Below, piece by piece: positions 22,701 through 34,804 of a stretch of DNA of 64,000 nucleotides (positions within the stretch are counted from its first letter, which is position 1; the number at the start of each line of letters is the position of its first letter). The notes beneath the pieces were generated by a model. The model was not told where the DNA came from. It made no database searches and saw only the letters and a list, made by a program, of their open reading frames with translations. The DNA is from Isurus oxyrinchus. Its lineage: Eukaryota. Position numbers and translations under genes: made by a program. The stretch lies in the NCBI GenBank assembly GCA_026770705.1, contig JANJGN010000192.1, positions 372,001 to 436,000 of the forward strand, written 5' to 3'.

Positions 22701-25700
22701 GTCCCCGGGCACTGTGTTGGGATTTGCAGCGTCTCCCTGGGGAGTGTGTCAAGAATTGCTGTGTGTCCCTGGGGAGTGTGTCAGGAATTGCTGTGTGTCC
22801 CTGGAGAGTGTGTTGGGATTTGCTGTGTGTCTCTGGGGAGTGTGTCAGGATTTGCTGTGAGTTCCTGGGGAGTGTGTCAGGAATTGCTCTGTGTCCCTGG
22901 CGAGTGTGTCAGGATTTGCTGTGTGTCCCTGGGGAGTATGTTGGGATTTGCTGTGTGTACCTGGGGAGATTGCTGGGATTTGCTGTGTGTCCCTGGGAAG
23001 ATTGCAGGGATTTGCTGTCTGTCCCTGGGGAGATTGCAGGGATTTGCTGTGTGTCCCTGGGGAGATTGCAGGGATTTGCTGTGTGTACCTGGGGAGATTG
23101 TTGGGATTTGCTGTGTGTCCCTCGGGAGATTGCAGGGATTTGCTGTCTGTTCCTGGGCAGATTGCTGGGATTTGATGTGTGTCCCTGGGGAGTGTGTTGG
23201 GGTTTGCTGTGTGTCCCTGGGGAGATTGCAGGGAATTGCAATGTGTCCCTGGGGAGATTGAAGGGATTTGCTGTGTGTCCCTGGGGAGTGTGTTGGGATT
23301 TGCTGTGTGTCCTGGGAGAGTGCTGGGATTTTCTGTGTGTCCCTGGGGAGATTGCAGGGATTTGCTGTCTGTCCCTGGGGAGATTGCAGGGATTTGCTGA
23401 CTGTCCCTGGGGAGATTGCAGGGATTTGCTGACTGTCCCTGGGGAGATTGCAGGGATTTGCTGTCTGTCGCTGGGGAGAATCCAGGGATTTAATGTGTGT
23501 CCCCTTGGTCCGTGCTGGGATTTGCTGTCTCTCCCTGGGGAGATTGCAGGGATTTGCTGTGTGTCCCTGGGGAATGTGCTGGGATTTGCTGTGTGTCTCT
23601 GGGGAGTGTGCTAGGATTTGCTGCATCTCCTGGGAGAGTGCTGGGATTTGCTGCATGTTCCTGGGTAGAGTGCTGGGATTTGCTGCAAGTCCCTGGGTAG
23701 TGTGCTGCGATTTGCTGTCTGTCCCTGGGGAGTGTGCTGGGATTTGCTGTGTGTCCCTGGGGAGAGTGCCAGGATTTGCTGCGTGTCTCTGGAGAGAGTG
23801 CTAGAATTTGCTGTGTGTCCCTGGGGAGTGTGTTGTGATGAATTGTGTGTTCCTGGGGACTGTATTGGGTTTTGCTGTGTGTCCCTGAGGAGAGTGCTGG
23901 GAATTGCTGCGTGTCTCTGGGGAGTGTGTTGGATGGTTGTGTGTCCCTGGGGAGTGTGCTGGGATTTGCTGTGGATTCCTGGGTACTTTTTTGGGGTAAG
24001 GTGTGTGTCCACGGGCACTGTGTTGGGATTTGCTGCGTCTCCCTGGGGAGTGTGTCAGGAATTGTTGTGTGTCCCTGGGGAGTGTGTTAGGATTTTATGG
24101 AAGGCCCTCGGGAGTTGGCAGGGATCTGATGCGGGTTACTGGGTAATGTTTTGGGATTTGCTGTGGGTCCCTGAGTAGAGTTTTAGAATTAACTGTGTGT
24201 CCCTGGGGTGTGTATTATGATTAGGTTTGCGTCTCTGGAGATAGTGCTGGGATCTGTTGAGCGTCCCTTGGGAGTTTGCTGGGATTTGCTGTCTGTCCCT
24301 GGGGAGATTGCAGGGATTTGCTGTGTGTACCTGGGGAGATTGCTGGGATTTGCTGTGTGTCCCTCGGGAGATTGCAGGGATTTGCTGTCTGTTCCTGGGC
24401 AGATTGCTGGGATTTGCTGTGTGTCCCTGGGGAATGTGCTGGGATTTGCTGTATGTCTCTGGGGAGTGTGCTGGGATTTACTGTGTGTCTATGGGGTGTG
24501 TGCTAGGATTTGCTGCATCTCCTGGGAGAGTGCTGGGATTTGCTGCGTGTTCCTGGGGAGAGTGCTGGGATTTGCTGCGAGTCCCTGGGTAGTGTGCTGC
24601 GATTTGCTTTGTGTCCCTGGGGAGAGTGCTAGGATTTGCTGCGTGTCTCTGGGGAGAGTGCTGGAATTTGCTGTGTCTCCCTGGGGAGTGTGTTGGGATG
24701 AATTGTGTGTCCCTGGTGACTGTATTGGGATTTGCTGTGTGTCCCTGGGGAGAGTGCTGGGATTTGCTGCGTGTCTCTGGGGAGTGTGTTGGATGGGTTG
24801 TGTGTCCCTGGAGAGTGTGCTGGGATTTGCTGTGGATTCCTGGGTACTTTTTTGGTGTAAGGTATGTGTCCCCGGGCACTGTGTTGGGATTTGCAGCGTC
24901 TCCCTGGGGAGTGTGTCAAGAATTGCTGTGTGTCCCTGGGGAGTGTGTCAGGAATTGCTGTGTGTCCCTGGAGAGTGTGTTGGGATTTGCTGTGTGTCTC
25001 TGGGGAGTGTGTCAGGATTTGCTGTGAGTTCCTGGGGAGTGTGTCAGGAATTGCTCTGTGTCCCTGGCGAGTGTGTCAGGATTTGCTGTGTGTCCCTGGG
25101 GAGTATGTTGGGATTTGCTGTGTGTACCTGGGGAGATTGCTGGGATTTGCTGTGTGTCCCTGGGAAGATTGCAGGGATTTGCTGTCTGTCCCTGGGGAGA
25201 TTGCAGGGATTTGCTGTGTGTCCCTGGGTAGATTGCAGGGATTTGCTGTGTGTACCTGGGGAGATTGTTGGGATTTGCTGTGTGTCCCTCGGGAGATTGC
25301 AGGGATTTGCTGTCTGTTCCTGGGCAGATTGCTGGGATTTGATGTGTGTCCCTGGGGAGTGTGTTGGGGTTTGCTGTGTGTCCCTGGGGAGATTGCAGGG
25401 AATTGCAATGTGTCCCTGGGGAGATTGAAGGGATTTGCTGTGTGTCCCTGGGGAGTGTGTTGGGATTTGCTGTGTGTCCTGGGAGAGTGCTGGGATTTTC
25501 TGTGTGTCCCTGGGGAGATTGCAGGGATTTGCTGTCTGTCCCTGGGGAGATTGCAGGGATTTGCTGACTGTCCCTGGGGAGATTGCAGGGATTTGCTGAC
25601 TGTCCCTGGGGAGATTGCAGGGATTTGCTGTCTGTCGCTGGGGAGAATCCAGGGATTTAATGTGTGTCCCCTTGGTCCGTGCTGGGATTTGCTGTCTCTC

Positions 25701-27425
25701 CCTGGGGAGATTGCAGGGATTTGCTGTGTGTCCCTGGGGAATGTGCTGGGATTTGCTGTGTGTCTCTGGGGAGTGTGCTAGGATTTGCTGCATCTCCTGG
25801 GAGAGTGCTGGGATTTGCTGCATGTTCCTGGGTAGAGTGCTGGGATTTGCTGCAAGTCCCTGGGTAGTGTGCTGCGATTTGCTGTCTGTCCCTGGGGAGA
25901 GTGCCAGGATTTGCTGTGTGTCCCTGGGGAGAGTGCCAGGATTTGCTGCGTGTCTCTGGAGAGAGTGCTAGAATTTGCTGTGTGTCCCTGGGGAGTGTGT
26001 TGTGATGAATTGTGTGTTCCTGGGGACTGTATTGGGTTTTGCTGTGTGTCCCTGAGGAGAGTGCTAGGAATTGCTGCGTGTCTCTGGGGAGTGTGTTGGA
26101 TGGTTGTGTGTCCCTGGGGAGTGTGCTGGGATTTGCTGTGGATTCCTGGGTACTTTTTTGGGGTAAGGTGTGTGTCCACGGGCACTGTGTTGGGATTTGC
26201 TGCGTCTCCCTGGGGAGTGTGCCAAGAATTGCTGTGTGTCCCTGGGGAGTGTGTCAGGAATTGCTGTGTGTCCCTGGAGAGTGTGTTGGAATTTGCTGTG
26301 TGTCTCTGGGGAGTGTGTCAGGATTTGCTGTGAGTCCCTGGGGCGTGTGTTGGGATTTGCTGTGTGTTCCTGGGGAGTGTGTCAGGAATTGCTCTGTGTC
26401 CCTGGCGTGTGTGTCGGGATTTGCTGTGTGTCCCTGGAGAGTGTGTCAGGATTTGCTGTGTGTCCCTGGCGAGTGTGCCAGGAATTGTTGCGGTTCCCTG
26501 GCTAGTGTTCTGGGATTTGTTGTGGGTCCCTGAGGAGAGTTTTAGGATTAACTGTGTGTCCCTGGGGTGTGTATTAGGATGAGGTTTGTGTCTCTGGAGA
26601 TAGTGCTGGGATCTGTTGAGCGTCCCTTGGGTGTGTGTACGGATTTGCTGTCTGTCCCTGGGAAGAGTCCTTGTATTTGTTACATCTCCTGGGGAGTGTG
26701 TTGGATGAGTTGTGTGTCCCTGGGGACTGTATTGGGATTTGTTGTGTGTACCTGGCGAGTGTGCTGGGATCTACTGTGGATTCCTTGGTACTGTTTTGGG
26801 TTTAGGTATGTGTCCCCGGGCACTGTGTTGTTATTTGCTGTGTCCCCCTGGGGAGTGTGATGGGATTTACTGTGTCTCCCTGGGGAGTGTGTTGGGATTT
26901 TCTGTGTGTCCCTTGGGAGTGTGTTGGGATTTGCTGTGGGTCCCTTGGGAGTGTGCTGGGATTTGCTGTGGGTCCCTTGGGAGTGTGCTGGGAATTGCTG
27001 TGTCTCCCTGGGCAGAGTGTGCAGTGTTGCTGTGTGTCCCTGGGGAGGGTGTGCAGTATTGCTGTCTGTCCCTGTGGAGTGTGTCAGGATTTGCTCTGTG
27101 TCCCTTGGGAGTGTGTGGAGTATTGCTGTGTGTCCGTGAGGACTGTGCGGAGTATTGCTGTGTGTCCCTTGGGAGCGTGTGCAGTGTTGCTGTGTGTCCC
27201 TGGGGCATGTGTGCATTATTGTTGTGTGTCCGTGGGGACTGTGTGGAGTATTGCTGTGTGTTTCTTGGGAGCGAGTGCAGTGTTGCTCTGTGACCCTGGG
27301 GAGTGTGTGCAGTACTGCTGTGTGACCCTGAGGAGTGTTTGCTGTATCGCTGTGTGTCCCTGGGGAGTATTTCAGGATTTGCAGGCCGTCCCGGTGGAGT
27401 GTATCTGGATTTGCTGGACTCCCTG
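16728..27425 (+). repeat. ~10.7 kb G/T-rich minisatellite, 32-bp unit gtgtgtccctggggagtgtg-N12, with three variant domains
   Basis: 16730-17230 ...gagtgctctgggattagct; 17420-21480 ...gtgtgcagtattgct; 21500-27000 ...gtgttgggatttgct and gagattgcagggatttgct; reverts to the cagtattgct type at 27010-27360. Confidence 0.97.
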
Positions 27426-27639
27426 GTCAGACTGTATTTATTTACTGCTGGCCCCTCGGGATTCAACAGATGAATGGAAGATGATATCAGCTTCTCTATC
27501 AATTGAAACTAGCTCAGTAATAACTTGTTCACTGAAGTTCAGTTGGTTCTGCCTGCGCCATTCAGCTCCTGGAGCCATTATACCCCTGGTTTAAATGTGG
27601 TTACAAGCGGTGAACTCAGAATGTGAGGTGAGAGGCATG

Positions 27640-28260
27640 TGCCAGGGCATCAGGACAGCCTTTTACTGAATATGGAATGAAGTCGCACTGGCAACTCCAG
27701 AGTCAATGGAATCAGAGGGAATAATATGCACTGGTTTCAGTCATACCTAACACAGTGGAATATGGATGTGGTTGTTGGGATCAGTCATCTCGGTCCCAGG
27801 TCTTATCTGCAGCAGTTCCTCACGTTAGTGACCTGGGCCCAAACATCTTCTGTTGGTTCTTCAGTGCCCTTCCCTCCATTATGATGGCAGAAGTGAGGAT
27901 GTTCGCTAATTGCTCAACTTTCTACAGCAATTGGGGTCCCACAGATACTGACGCAGTCCGTGCTGATATGCAGCAAGACCTGAACAACATTCAAGGTTGA
28001 ACTGATAATTGACAGGTAATGCTCATTCCACACAATTTCAAGGCAAACCACCATCTCCAAAAAGGGAAAATTCAACGCTCTCCAGTTGACATTTAATGAA
28101 AATACCATCAGTGAACTTGGCATCCTCAACATCCTGGGGTAACCATTGACGTGGAAATGAACTGGTCCAGCCATATAAATATGGTGGCTGAATGTGCAGG
28201 ACAGAGGCTGGGAATTCTGTAGAGAGTTACTCACCTTTATCAAACAGTCCCAGATCAGGT
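27640..28260 (+). mobile_element. LINE (CR1/L2 group) RT fragment
   Basis: AAVPHVSDLGPNIFCWFFSALPSIMMAEVRMFANC is a decayed GVPQGSVLGP...FADD; followed by ADMQQDLNNIQ. Confidence 0.75.
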
Positions 28261-28424
28261 ACAGCAAAGGGTCAGATTCAGAGTAATGCCCAAACTACAC
28301 TGTCCAGAGCTGACAATCTCAGGTACATTATGATCTTTATTAGAGCGTAAAGTTCCCTCTACACTTCCTTCTACATAGTCCCATGGCGCACTCTCAGTAC
28401 AGTGCATTAAGTAGTTTAATTTCT

Positions 28425-29030
28425 ATTTTATTCCTCCATGGGATATGGGCTTCGCAGACTGGGTAAGCATTTCTTACCCATCCCATGTTGCCCTTGAGAA
28501 GTTGGTGGTGAGCTGCCTTTTTGAACCACTGCAGTCCTTGTGGTGTCGGTGCATCTACAATGCTGTTAGGGAGGGAGGTCCAGGATGTTGACATAGTGAC
28601 AGTAAGTAACGGTAATATTTTTGCAAGTCAGGTTGGTGAGTGACTTGGAGGGGAACTTCCAGGTGGAGATGTCCCCACCTGACAGTTCTTCTAGATGGGA
28701 GTGCCCATGGGGTTTAGAATGTGCTGTCGAAGCTGCCTTGGTGAATTCCTGCAGTGCATCTTGTAGATGGCACACACTGCTGCTAATGTGTGCTGGTGCT
28801 GGAGGGAGTGAATGTTTGTGGTTTTAATACCAATCAAGTGGGCTGATTTCTCCAACCTCTTGATTGTTGTGTGAGCCGCACTCATTCAGTCAAGTGGGGA
28901 GTGTTCCATTGCACTCCTGACATGTGCCTTGTAGATGGAGGACAGGCTTTAGGGAGTCAGGAGCAGGCAGCGTTCCTAGCCTCTGACTTGCTACTTTAGC
29001 CACAGTATTTATATGGCTAGCTAGATCAGT
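28425..29030 (-). mobile_element. LINE (CR1/L2 group) 3' fragment
   Basis: SLQHQHTLAAVCAIYKMHC; SWTSLPNSIVDAPTPQGLQWFKKAAHHQLLKG; same family as 29270-30005 and 51540-52712. Confidence 0.8.
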
Positions 29031-29269
29031 TCAATAACTTATCTCATGTATGCGCTTGAAATATTTTCTTTAGTTTAATAAATGTCTAATTTATTACTTT
29101 TTTTACATCCCTAAAGTTGTCAGTGGAATATTCAGTTCTGAATTTATTGCACACATCTTTTCGGGATAATTAAACATTGCAAAACCATTGCGATAGTGTG
29201 GCCACTGTTCCCTTGTGGAACACGCCTAGCACACATCACCTGCCACTCATAGCACAAACATCCTGCAAT

Positions 29270-30005
29270 GGCTGTCTCCAACAAGAGAGAACATATCCAT
29301 CATCCCTTAACATTCAATGGCATAACAAGCACTGAATCCTCCAGTTACATCCTCCTAGGGTTACCAATGACTAGAAACTGACCTGGAAGAACAATACACA
29401 TTCTGTGGCTAGAAGATCAGGTCAAGGGCCAGGAATCATGCGGTGAATAACTCATTTCCAATCTCCTCAAAGAAATTCCACCATATACAAGGCGCAAGTC
29501 AAGAGTGTGATAGAACACTCTGCGTTTGCCTGGAAGAGTGCAGATCGAACAACACTCGTAGCTGGAAACCATCCAGGAAATAGCAGCTGGCTTGAGTGGT
29601 AGACCATCCCAACCATTCATTCTCTCCACCATGGATGCACATTAGCAGCAGTGTGGAACATCTACAAGATACAGTGCAGAGATTCACCAAGGCTGCTTAA
29701 ACCCAAGGCTGACAGAACCTGGAAAGGCAAGTGCAGCAGTTAGGTGGGAACACCAACCCCTGGATGTGTCCCTACAAGTCACTCACCATCCTGAATTCGA
29801 ACGTTCTCGCTCTTCCTTCATGGTCATTGTGACAGAATTCTTGAATTCTGTTCCTAACAGCATTGTGTCTGAATCACCGCCATGGGGATGCAACGTTTCA
29901 AGATGGTAGCTCACCAGCACCATCTCACTGGCAACAAGAGAGAGACAATAAATGAAATCCTAGCCAGTGAAGCCCCCATCCCATAACTGATTTTGAAAAT
30001 AAATA
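29270..30005 (+). mobile_element. LINE (CR1/L2 group) 3' fragment
   Basis: Homologous to the reverse complement of 28425-29030; ends caataaatg...ctagccagtgaagcccccatccca. Confidence 0.75.
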
Positions 30006-30234
30006 CTCTGCATGTATACTGACAGCAGGCAGTGACATAACATAACATTCAGCACAGAAGGGGATGCCATCCTCATGTTAATCTCAGGAAAATAGACTCG
30101 CTAAAACTGAAATACAGTAACTTACACAACAAAAATGGAGAGTTATTGGAACTGAGTCCTTCACCTCCAGATGATAATCCCAAAGCAAATCTTCCCCACC
30201 ATGATATGGACTGAATTTCTAAGATTTCGTGAGT

Positions 30235-30690
30235 GTGGAGGGAGATTTATTTTATATCGAATACCGTGCTGTTCTGCCCTGGGAGTGTTTGATGGGGGCA
30301 GTGTAGAGGGAGTTTTACTTTGATTCTAACCCCGTGCTGTACCTGACCTGAGAATGTCTGATATTGGCATTGCAGAAGGGGCTTTACTCTCTCTCTAACC
30401 CTGTGGTGTATCTGACCTGGGAGTGTTTGATGAGGACAGTGTAGAGGGAGTGTTCCTCTGTATATAACTCAATGTTGTAACTGCCCTGGGACTGTTTTCT
30501 GGGAACAGTGGAGAATCTCTCTGCATCTGACCCTATTCTCTGCTTGTCATGCGACTATTGTTGGAACAGTTTAGACTGAGCTTTATTTGGTACCTAATCC
30601 ATTTTGATCCTATGCTGCCATTGGTTAATGAGACAGTGTAGATGGAACTTTACTATATAACTAAACACAAGTTGTATCTCAATTGGGAGT
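30235..30690 (+). repeat. ~68-bp satellite (ccctgggagtgtttgatgggg-cagtgtagagggag-tttact-ctaacccc-gtgctgtacctg); more copies at ~16260-16500 and ~31485-31685
   Basis: About six to seven diverged tandem units visible. Confidence 0.8.
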
Positions 30691-30699
30691 GCTTAGAGC

Positions 30700-31480
30700 T
30701 ATAGAAACATAGAAAATTTAAGGCACACAAAGAGGTTACTTGTCCTATCGTGCCTGTCCCGGACAATAACAGAGCAACCAATCCTCATCTCACTTTGTAG
30801 AATTTGATCCGTAGCCCTGCAGGTTACGGCTCTGGAGATGAACGTTTAGAGACATTCAAAATGAGTTAAGAGTTTCTTCATCTTCTGCCACTTTGAGGCA
30901 GTCAGTCTCAGGCCCATGAGAATGCTTTCTCACCTCCCTATAATCTTACTACCAATCACTTTAAATTGGTGCCCGCTCGACACTGACCTCTCAGTTTAGC
31001 TAAATAGGCCTTTCATATCCACACTATCCAGGCCGCTCACAATTCAGTACATCTCAAACAAATCTCCGCTCAGCCTCCTCTGTTCCATGGAGGACAGAAC
31101 CAGATCGTCCAACCTTTCCTCTCAGCTGTAACTTTCTAGCCCTGGAAACACCCTTCTAAATCTGCTCTGTGCTCCATCTAGAGCAATTAGATCCTTTCTG
31201 GAATGAGGTGAGCAGAACTGCACGAAGAGCTCAAGTTCTTGCCTAACTAACATGTTATATAATCACCGCATACGATGCTGCTGTAATTTTCCATATCTAG
31301 TCTAATGAAGGAAAGGATTCCATGTGGCTTCTTAACCACTTTATTCAGCTCTGCTGCTACATTTAGCAGTCTGGGAACCTTGAATCCACGATCCTTCATT
31401 TCCTCCTGTTAATTTTATAATCCTTTACTTTGTTTTAGATTCCGACCTGCATTAACTCCACTTCTCCAGGTTAAATTCAG
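30700..31480 (-). mobile_element. CR1-type LINE 3' fragment, decayed
   Basis: Collinear with 7893-8760 (catagaaa start, ctcagcctcctctgttcca, agaactgcac, ttcttaaccac). Confidence 0.7.
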
Positions 31481-31767
31481 CTTGCTGTGGACAGTGTAGA
31501 GGAAGCTTTCCGCTGTATATAAGAAAGTGCAGCGCTTGCCCTATTTGTGTTTCATGTGTCACTGTAGAGGAACATTCAGTGTGTATGGCTCTATGCTGTA
31601 CCTGGCATGTAAGTGTTTGATTTGGACTGTGAGGAAGGAGTTTCACTGTGTGTGTACCCACATCCTGTAACTAGACAGGGACTGTTTCCCCATCCACCAC
31701 TAGTCACCTCCGTCTGGCTGAACGTGTTCTCACACTGAACAATTTCTCCTTCAACTCCTCTCACTTC

Positions 31768-32790
31768 GCAGGTGTTCTGCAAAGCGTTCGCCCAGTTTAC
31801 ATTTGGTGTCTCCAATGTAGAGGAGACCACATTGGGAGCAACGAATGCAGTAGACTAAGTTGGGGGAAATGCAAGTGAAATGCTGCTTCACTTGAAAGGA
31901 ATGTTTGGGCCCTTAGACGGTGAGGAGAGAGGAAGTGAAGGGGCAGGTGTTACATCTTTTGCGTGGGCATGGGGTGGTGCCATAGGATGGGGTTAGGAGT
32001 AGGGGGTGATGGAGGCGTGGACCAGGGTGTCCCGGAGGGAGCGATCCCTACGGAATGCCGATAAGGGGGGTGAAGGGAAGATGTGTTTGGTGGTGGCATC
32101 ATGCTGGAGTTGGCGGAAATGGCGGAGGATGATCCTTTGAATGCGGAGGCTGGTGGGGTGATAAGTGAGGACAAGGGGGACCCTATCATGTTTCTGGGAG
32201 GGAGGAGAAGGCGTGAGGGCGGATGTACGGGAGATGGGCCGGACACGGTTGAGGGCCCTGTCAACGACCGTGGGTGGAAATCCTCGGTTAAGGAAGAAGG
32301 AGGACAAGTCAGAGGAACCGTTTTTGAAGGTAGCATCATCGGAACAGATGCGACGAAGGCGAAGGAACTGAGAGAATGGGATGGAGTCCTTACAGGAAGC
32401 GGGGTGTGAGGAGCTGTAGTCGAGGTAGCTGTGGGAGTCGGTGGGTTTGTAATGGATATTGGTGGACAGTCTATCACCAGAGATTGAGACAGAGAGGTCA
32501 AGGAAGGGAAGGGAAGTGTCAGAGATGGACCACGTGAAAATGATGGAGGGGTGGAGATTGGAAGCAAAATTAATACATTTTTCCAAGTCCCGACGAGAGC
32601 ATGAAGCGGCACCGAAGTAATCATCGATGTACCGGAGAAAGAGTTGTGGGAGGGGGCCGGAGTAGGACTGGAACAAGGAATGTTCTACATACCCCATCAA
32701 GAGACAGGCATAGCTGGGGCCCATGCGGGTACCCATAGCCACACCTTTTATTTGGAGGAAGTGAGAGGAGTTGAAGGAGAAATTGTTCAA
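31768..32790 (-). mobile_element. Penelope-like retroelement internal fragment (RT domain to start of GIY-YIG)
   Basis: ORF 31993-32847 LNNFSFNSSHFLQIKGVAMGTRMGPSYACL...FLRYIDDYFG...LPFLDLSV...HYKPTDSHSYLDYSSSHP...SIPFSQFLRLRRICS. Confidence 0.93.
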
Positions 32791-32799
32791 CGTGAACAC

Positions 32800-33445
32800 T
32801 TTTACTGTTACATACCCTATGCTGGATGTTCTCTGAATTACGCACACTCACCTTTGCTGTCTCATACCCTCTACTGGATGTTCTCTGAATTACACACACT
32901 CACCTTCACTGATCTACCCCCTGCTGGATGCTTTCTGAATTACACACACTCACATTTACTGTCTCATAATGTCTGCTGGGTGTTCTCTGAATTACACACA
33001 CTCACCTTCACAGTTACATACCCTATGCTGGATGCTCTCTGAATTACGCACACTCACCTTTGCTGTCTCATACCCTCTACTGGATGTTCTCTGAATTACA
33101 CACACTCACCTTCACTGATCTACCCCCTGCTGGATGCTTTCTGAATTACGCACACTCACATTTACAGTCTCATACCCTCTGCTGGATGTTCTCTGAATTA
33201 CACACACTCACCTTCACTGTTACATGCCTTCTGCTGGAAGTTCTCTGAGTTACACTCACTCACCTTTACTGTCTCATACCCTCTGCTGGATGTTCTCTGA
33301 ATTGCACACATTCGCCTTTCTTGATCTACCCTCTGCTGGAAGTTCTCTGAGTTACACTCACTCACCTTTACTAATCTTTCCTGTGGTGGATGCTCTCTGA
33401 ATTACACACACTCACCTTTACTATTACGTACCCTCTGCTGGATGT
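32800..33445 (+). repeat. 50-52-bp tandem repeat (~12 units)
   Basis: ctgctggatgttctctgaattacacacactcacctt(t/c)actg...taccct repeated; cores at 32821, 32873, 32923. Confidence 0.95.
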
Positions 33446-33688
33446 TTATTTTTTCACTCAGAGGGCCGTGAGTCTTGGAACTCTTCCTCAAAAGGCAGTG
33501 GATGCAGTGTATTAGAATATCATTTATTTTTCATACAGAGGTAGATAGGCTCTTGACAAGCAAGGTATTGAAACGTTTATCGGGGGTAAGTGGGATTGTG
33601 GAGCTGAGGCTACAAATAGATCAACCATGGTCTTATTGAGTTCCGAGGGGCCGAGTGGCCTACTCCTGCTCCTAATTCCTATGTTCGA
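33446..33688 (+). mobile_element. CR1-type LINE 3' end
   Basis: ttcactcagagggccgtgagtcttggaactc...gagggggccgagtggcctactcctgctcctaattcctatgttc-like 3' terminus. Confidence 0.7.
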
Positions 33689-33814
33689 ATGTCTCACTCT
33701 AGCTCGGCCTCTCTATCTCTCCCGCCTTTCACACTTCTCCTGTCTTCCAACCTCAATCTCTCCTTCCAGACTTTTTCCCCAATCTCTGCCCCTCAGTTTA
33801 TTCAGCACAGTCTA

Positions 33815-34748
33815 CATAGAATAACAGATACTCAGGTGTGAGTAACAGACTGGAATCTGATCGAGGGGTTCAGCGGGTTTATATATAGAATAACAGATAC
33901 CCAGGAGTGAGTTACAGACTGGAATCTAATCGAGGGTTTCAATGGGGATTATATATAGAATAACAGATACCCGGGAGTGAGTTACAGACTGGAATCCCAA
34001 TCGAGGGGTTCGGGGTGGTTTATATATAGAATAACAGTTACCCGGGAGTGAGTTAAAGACTGGAATCTAATCGAGGGGTTCGGGTGGTTTATATATAGAA
34101 TAACAGACACCCGGGAGTGAGTTACAGACTGGACGCTAATCGAGGGTTTCGGGGTGAATTTTATAAAGAATAAATGATACGCAGGATTGTGTTACAGACT
34201 GGAATCTATTCGAGGGGTTTGGAGTGGTTTATATACAGAATAACAGATGCCTGGGAGTGAGTTACAGACAGGAATCTAATCGAGGGGTTCGGGGTGGTTT
34301 ATATATAGAATAACAGATACCCGGAAGTGAGTTACAGACTGGAATCTAATCGAGGGGTTCGGGTTGGTATTATATATAGAATAAAATATACCGGGCAGTG
34401 AGTTCCAGACTGGAAGCTAATTGAGGGGTTCGGGGTGGTTTCTATAAAGAATAACAGATACCCGGGAGTGAGTTACAGCCTGGAATCTAATTGAGGCATT
34501 CAGGAGGTTTATTTATAGAATAACAGATACCCGGGAGTGAGTTACTGACTGGAATCTAATCGAGGGGTTTCGGGTGGTTTATATATAGAATAACAGACAC
34601 CCGGGAGTAAGTTACAGGCCAGAATTAATCGAGGGGTTCGGGGTGGTTTATATATAGAATAACAGATACCCGGGCGTGAGTTACAGATCAGAATCTAATC
34701 GAGGGGTTCGGGGTGGTTTATATATAGAATAACAGACACCTGGGAGTA
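33815..34748 (+). repeat. ~70-bp tandem satellite (~13 units)
   Basis: atatatagaataacagatacccgggagtgagttacagactggaatctaatcgaggggttcggggtggtt repeated. Confidence 0.96.
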
Positions 34749-34804
34749 TCCCCCTGACAGATTTGCCTGCTTGGTCCTGGCCGTTTGCTGAATAGTATTT
34801 CTGA

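Noticed and set aside
16728-27425. Resemblance to immunoglobulin switch regions (TGGGG plus AGCT/WGCW motifs, G-rich strand)
   Set aside because: No immunoglobulin exons in the window; such short motifs are expected in any G-rich satellite
17226-27594. Very long Cys/Val/Gly-rich ORFs (up to 856 aa) resembling keratin-associated or metallothionein-like proteins
   Set aside because: They are translations of the 32-bp satellite. The unit lacks stops, is not a multiple of 3, and is open in several frames on both strands, with no unique domain or splice signals.
32800-34748. Regularly spaced repeats suggesting CRISPR arrays
   Set aside because: Whole units repeat with no unique spacers, no cas genes, and the context is eukaryotic
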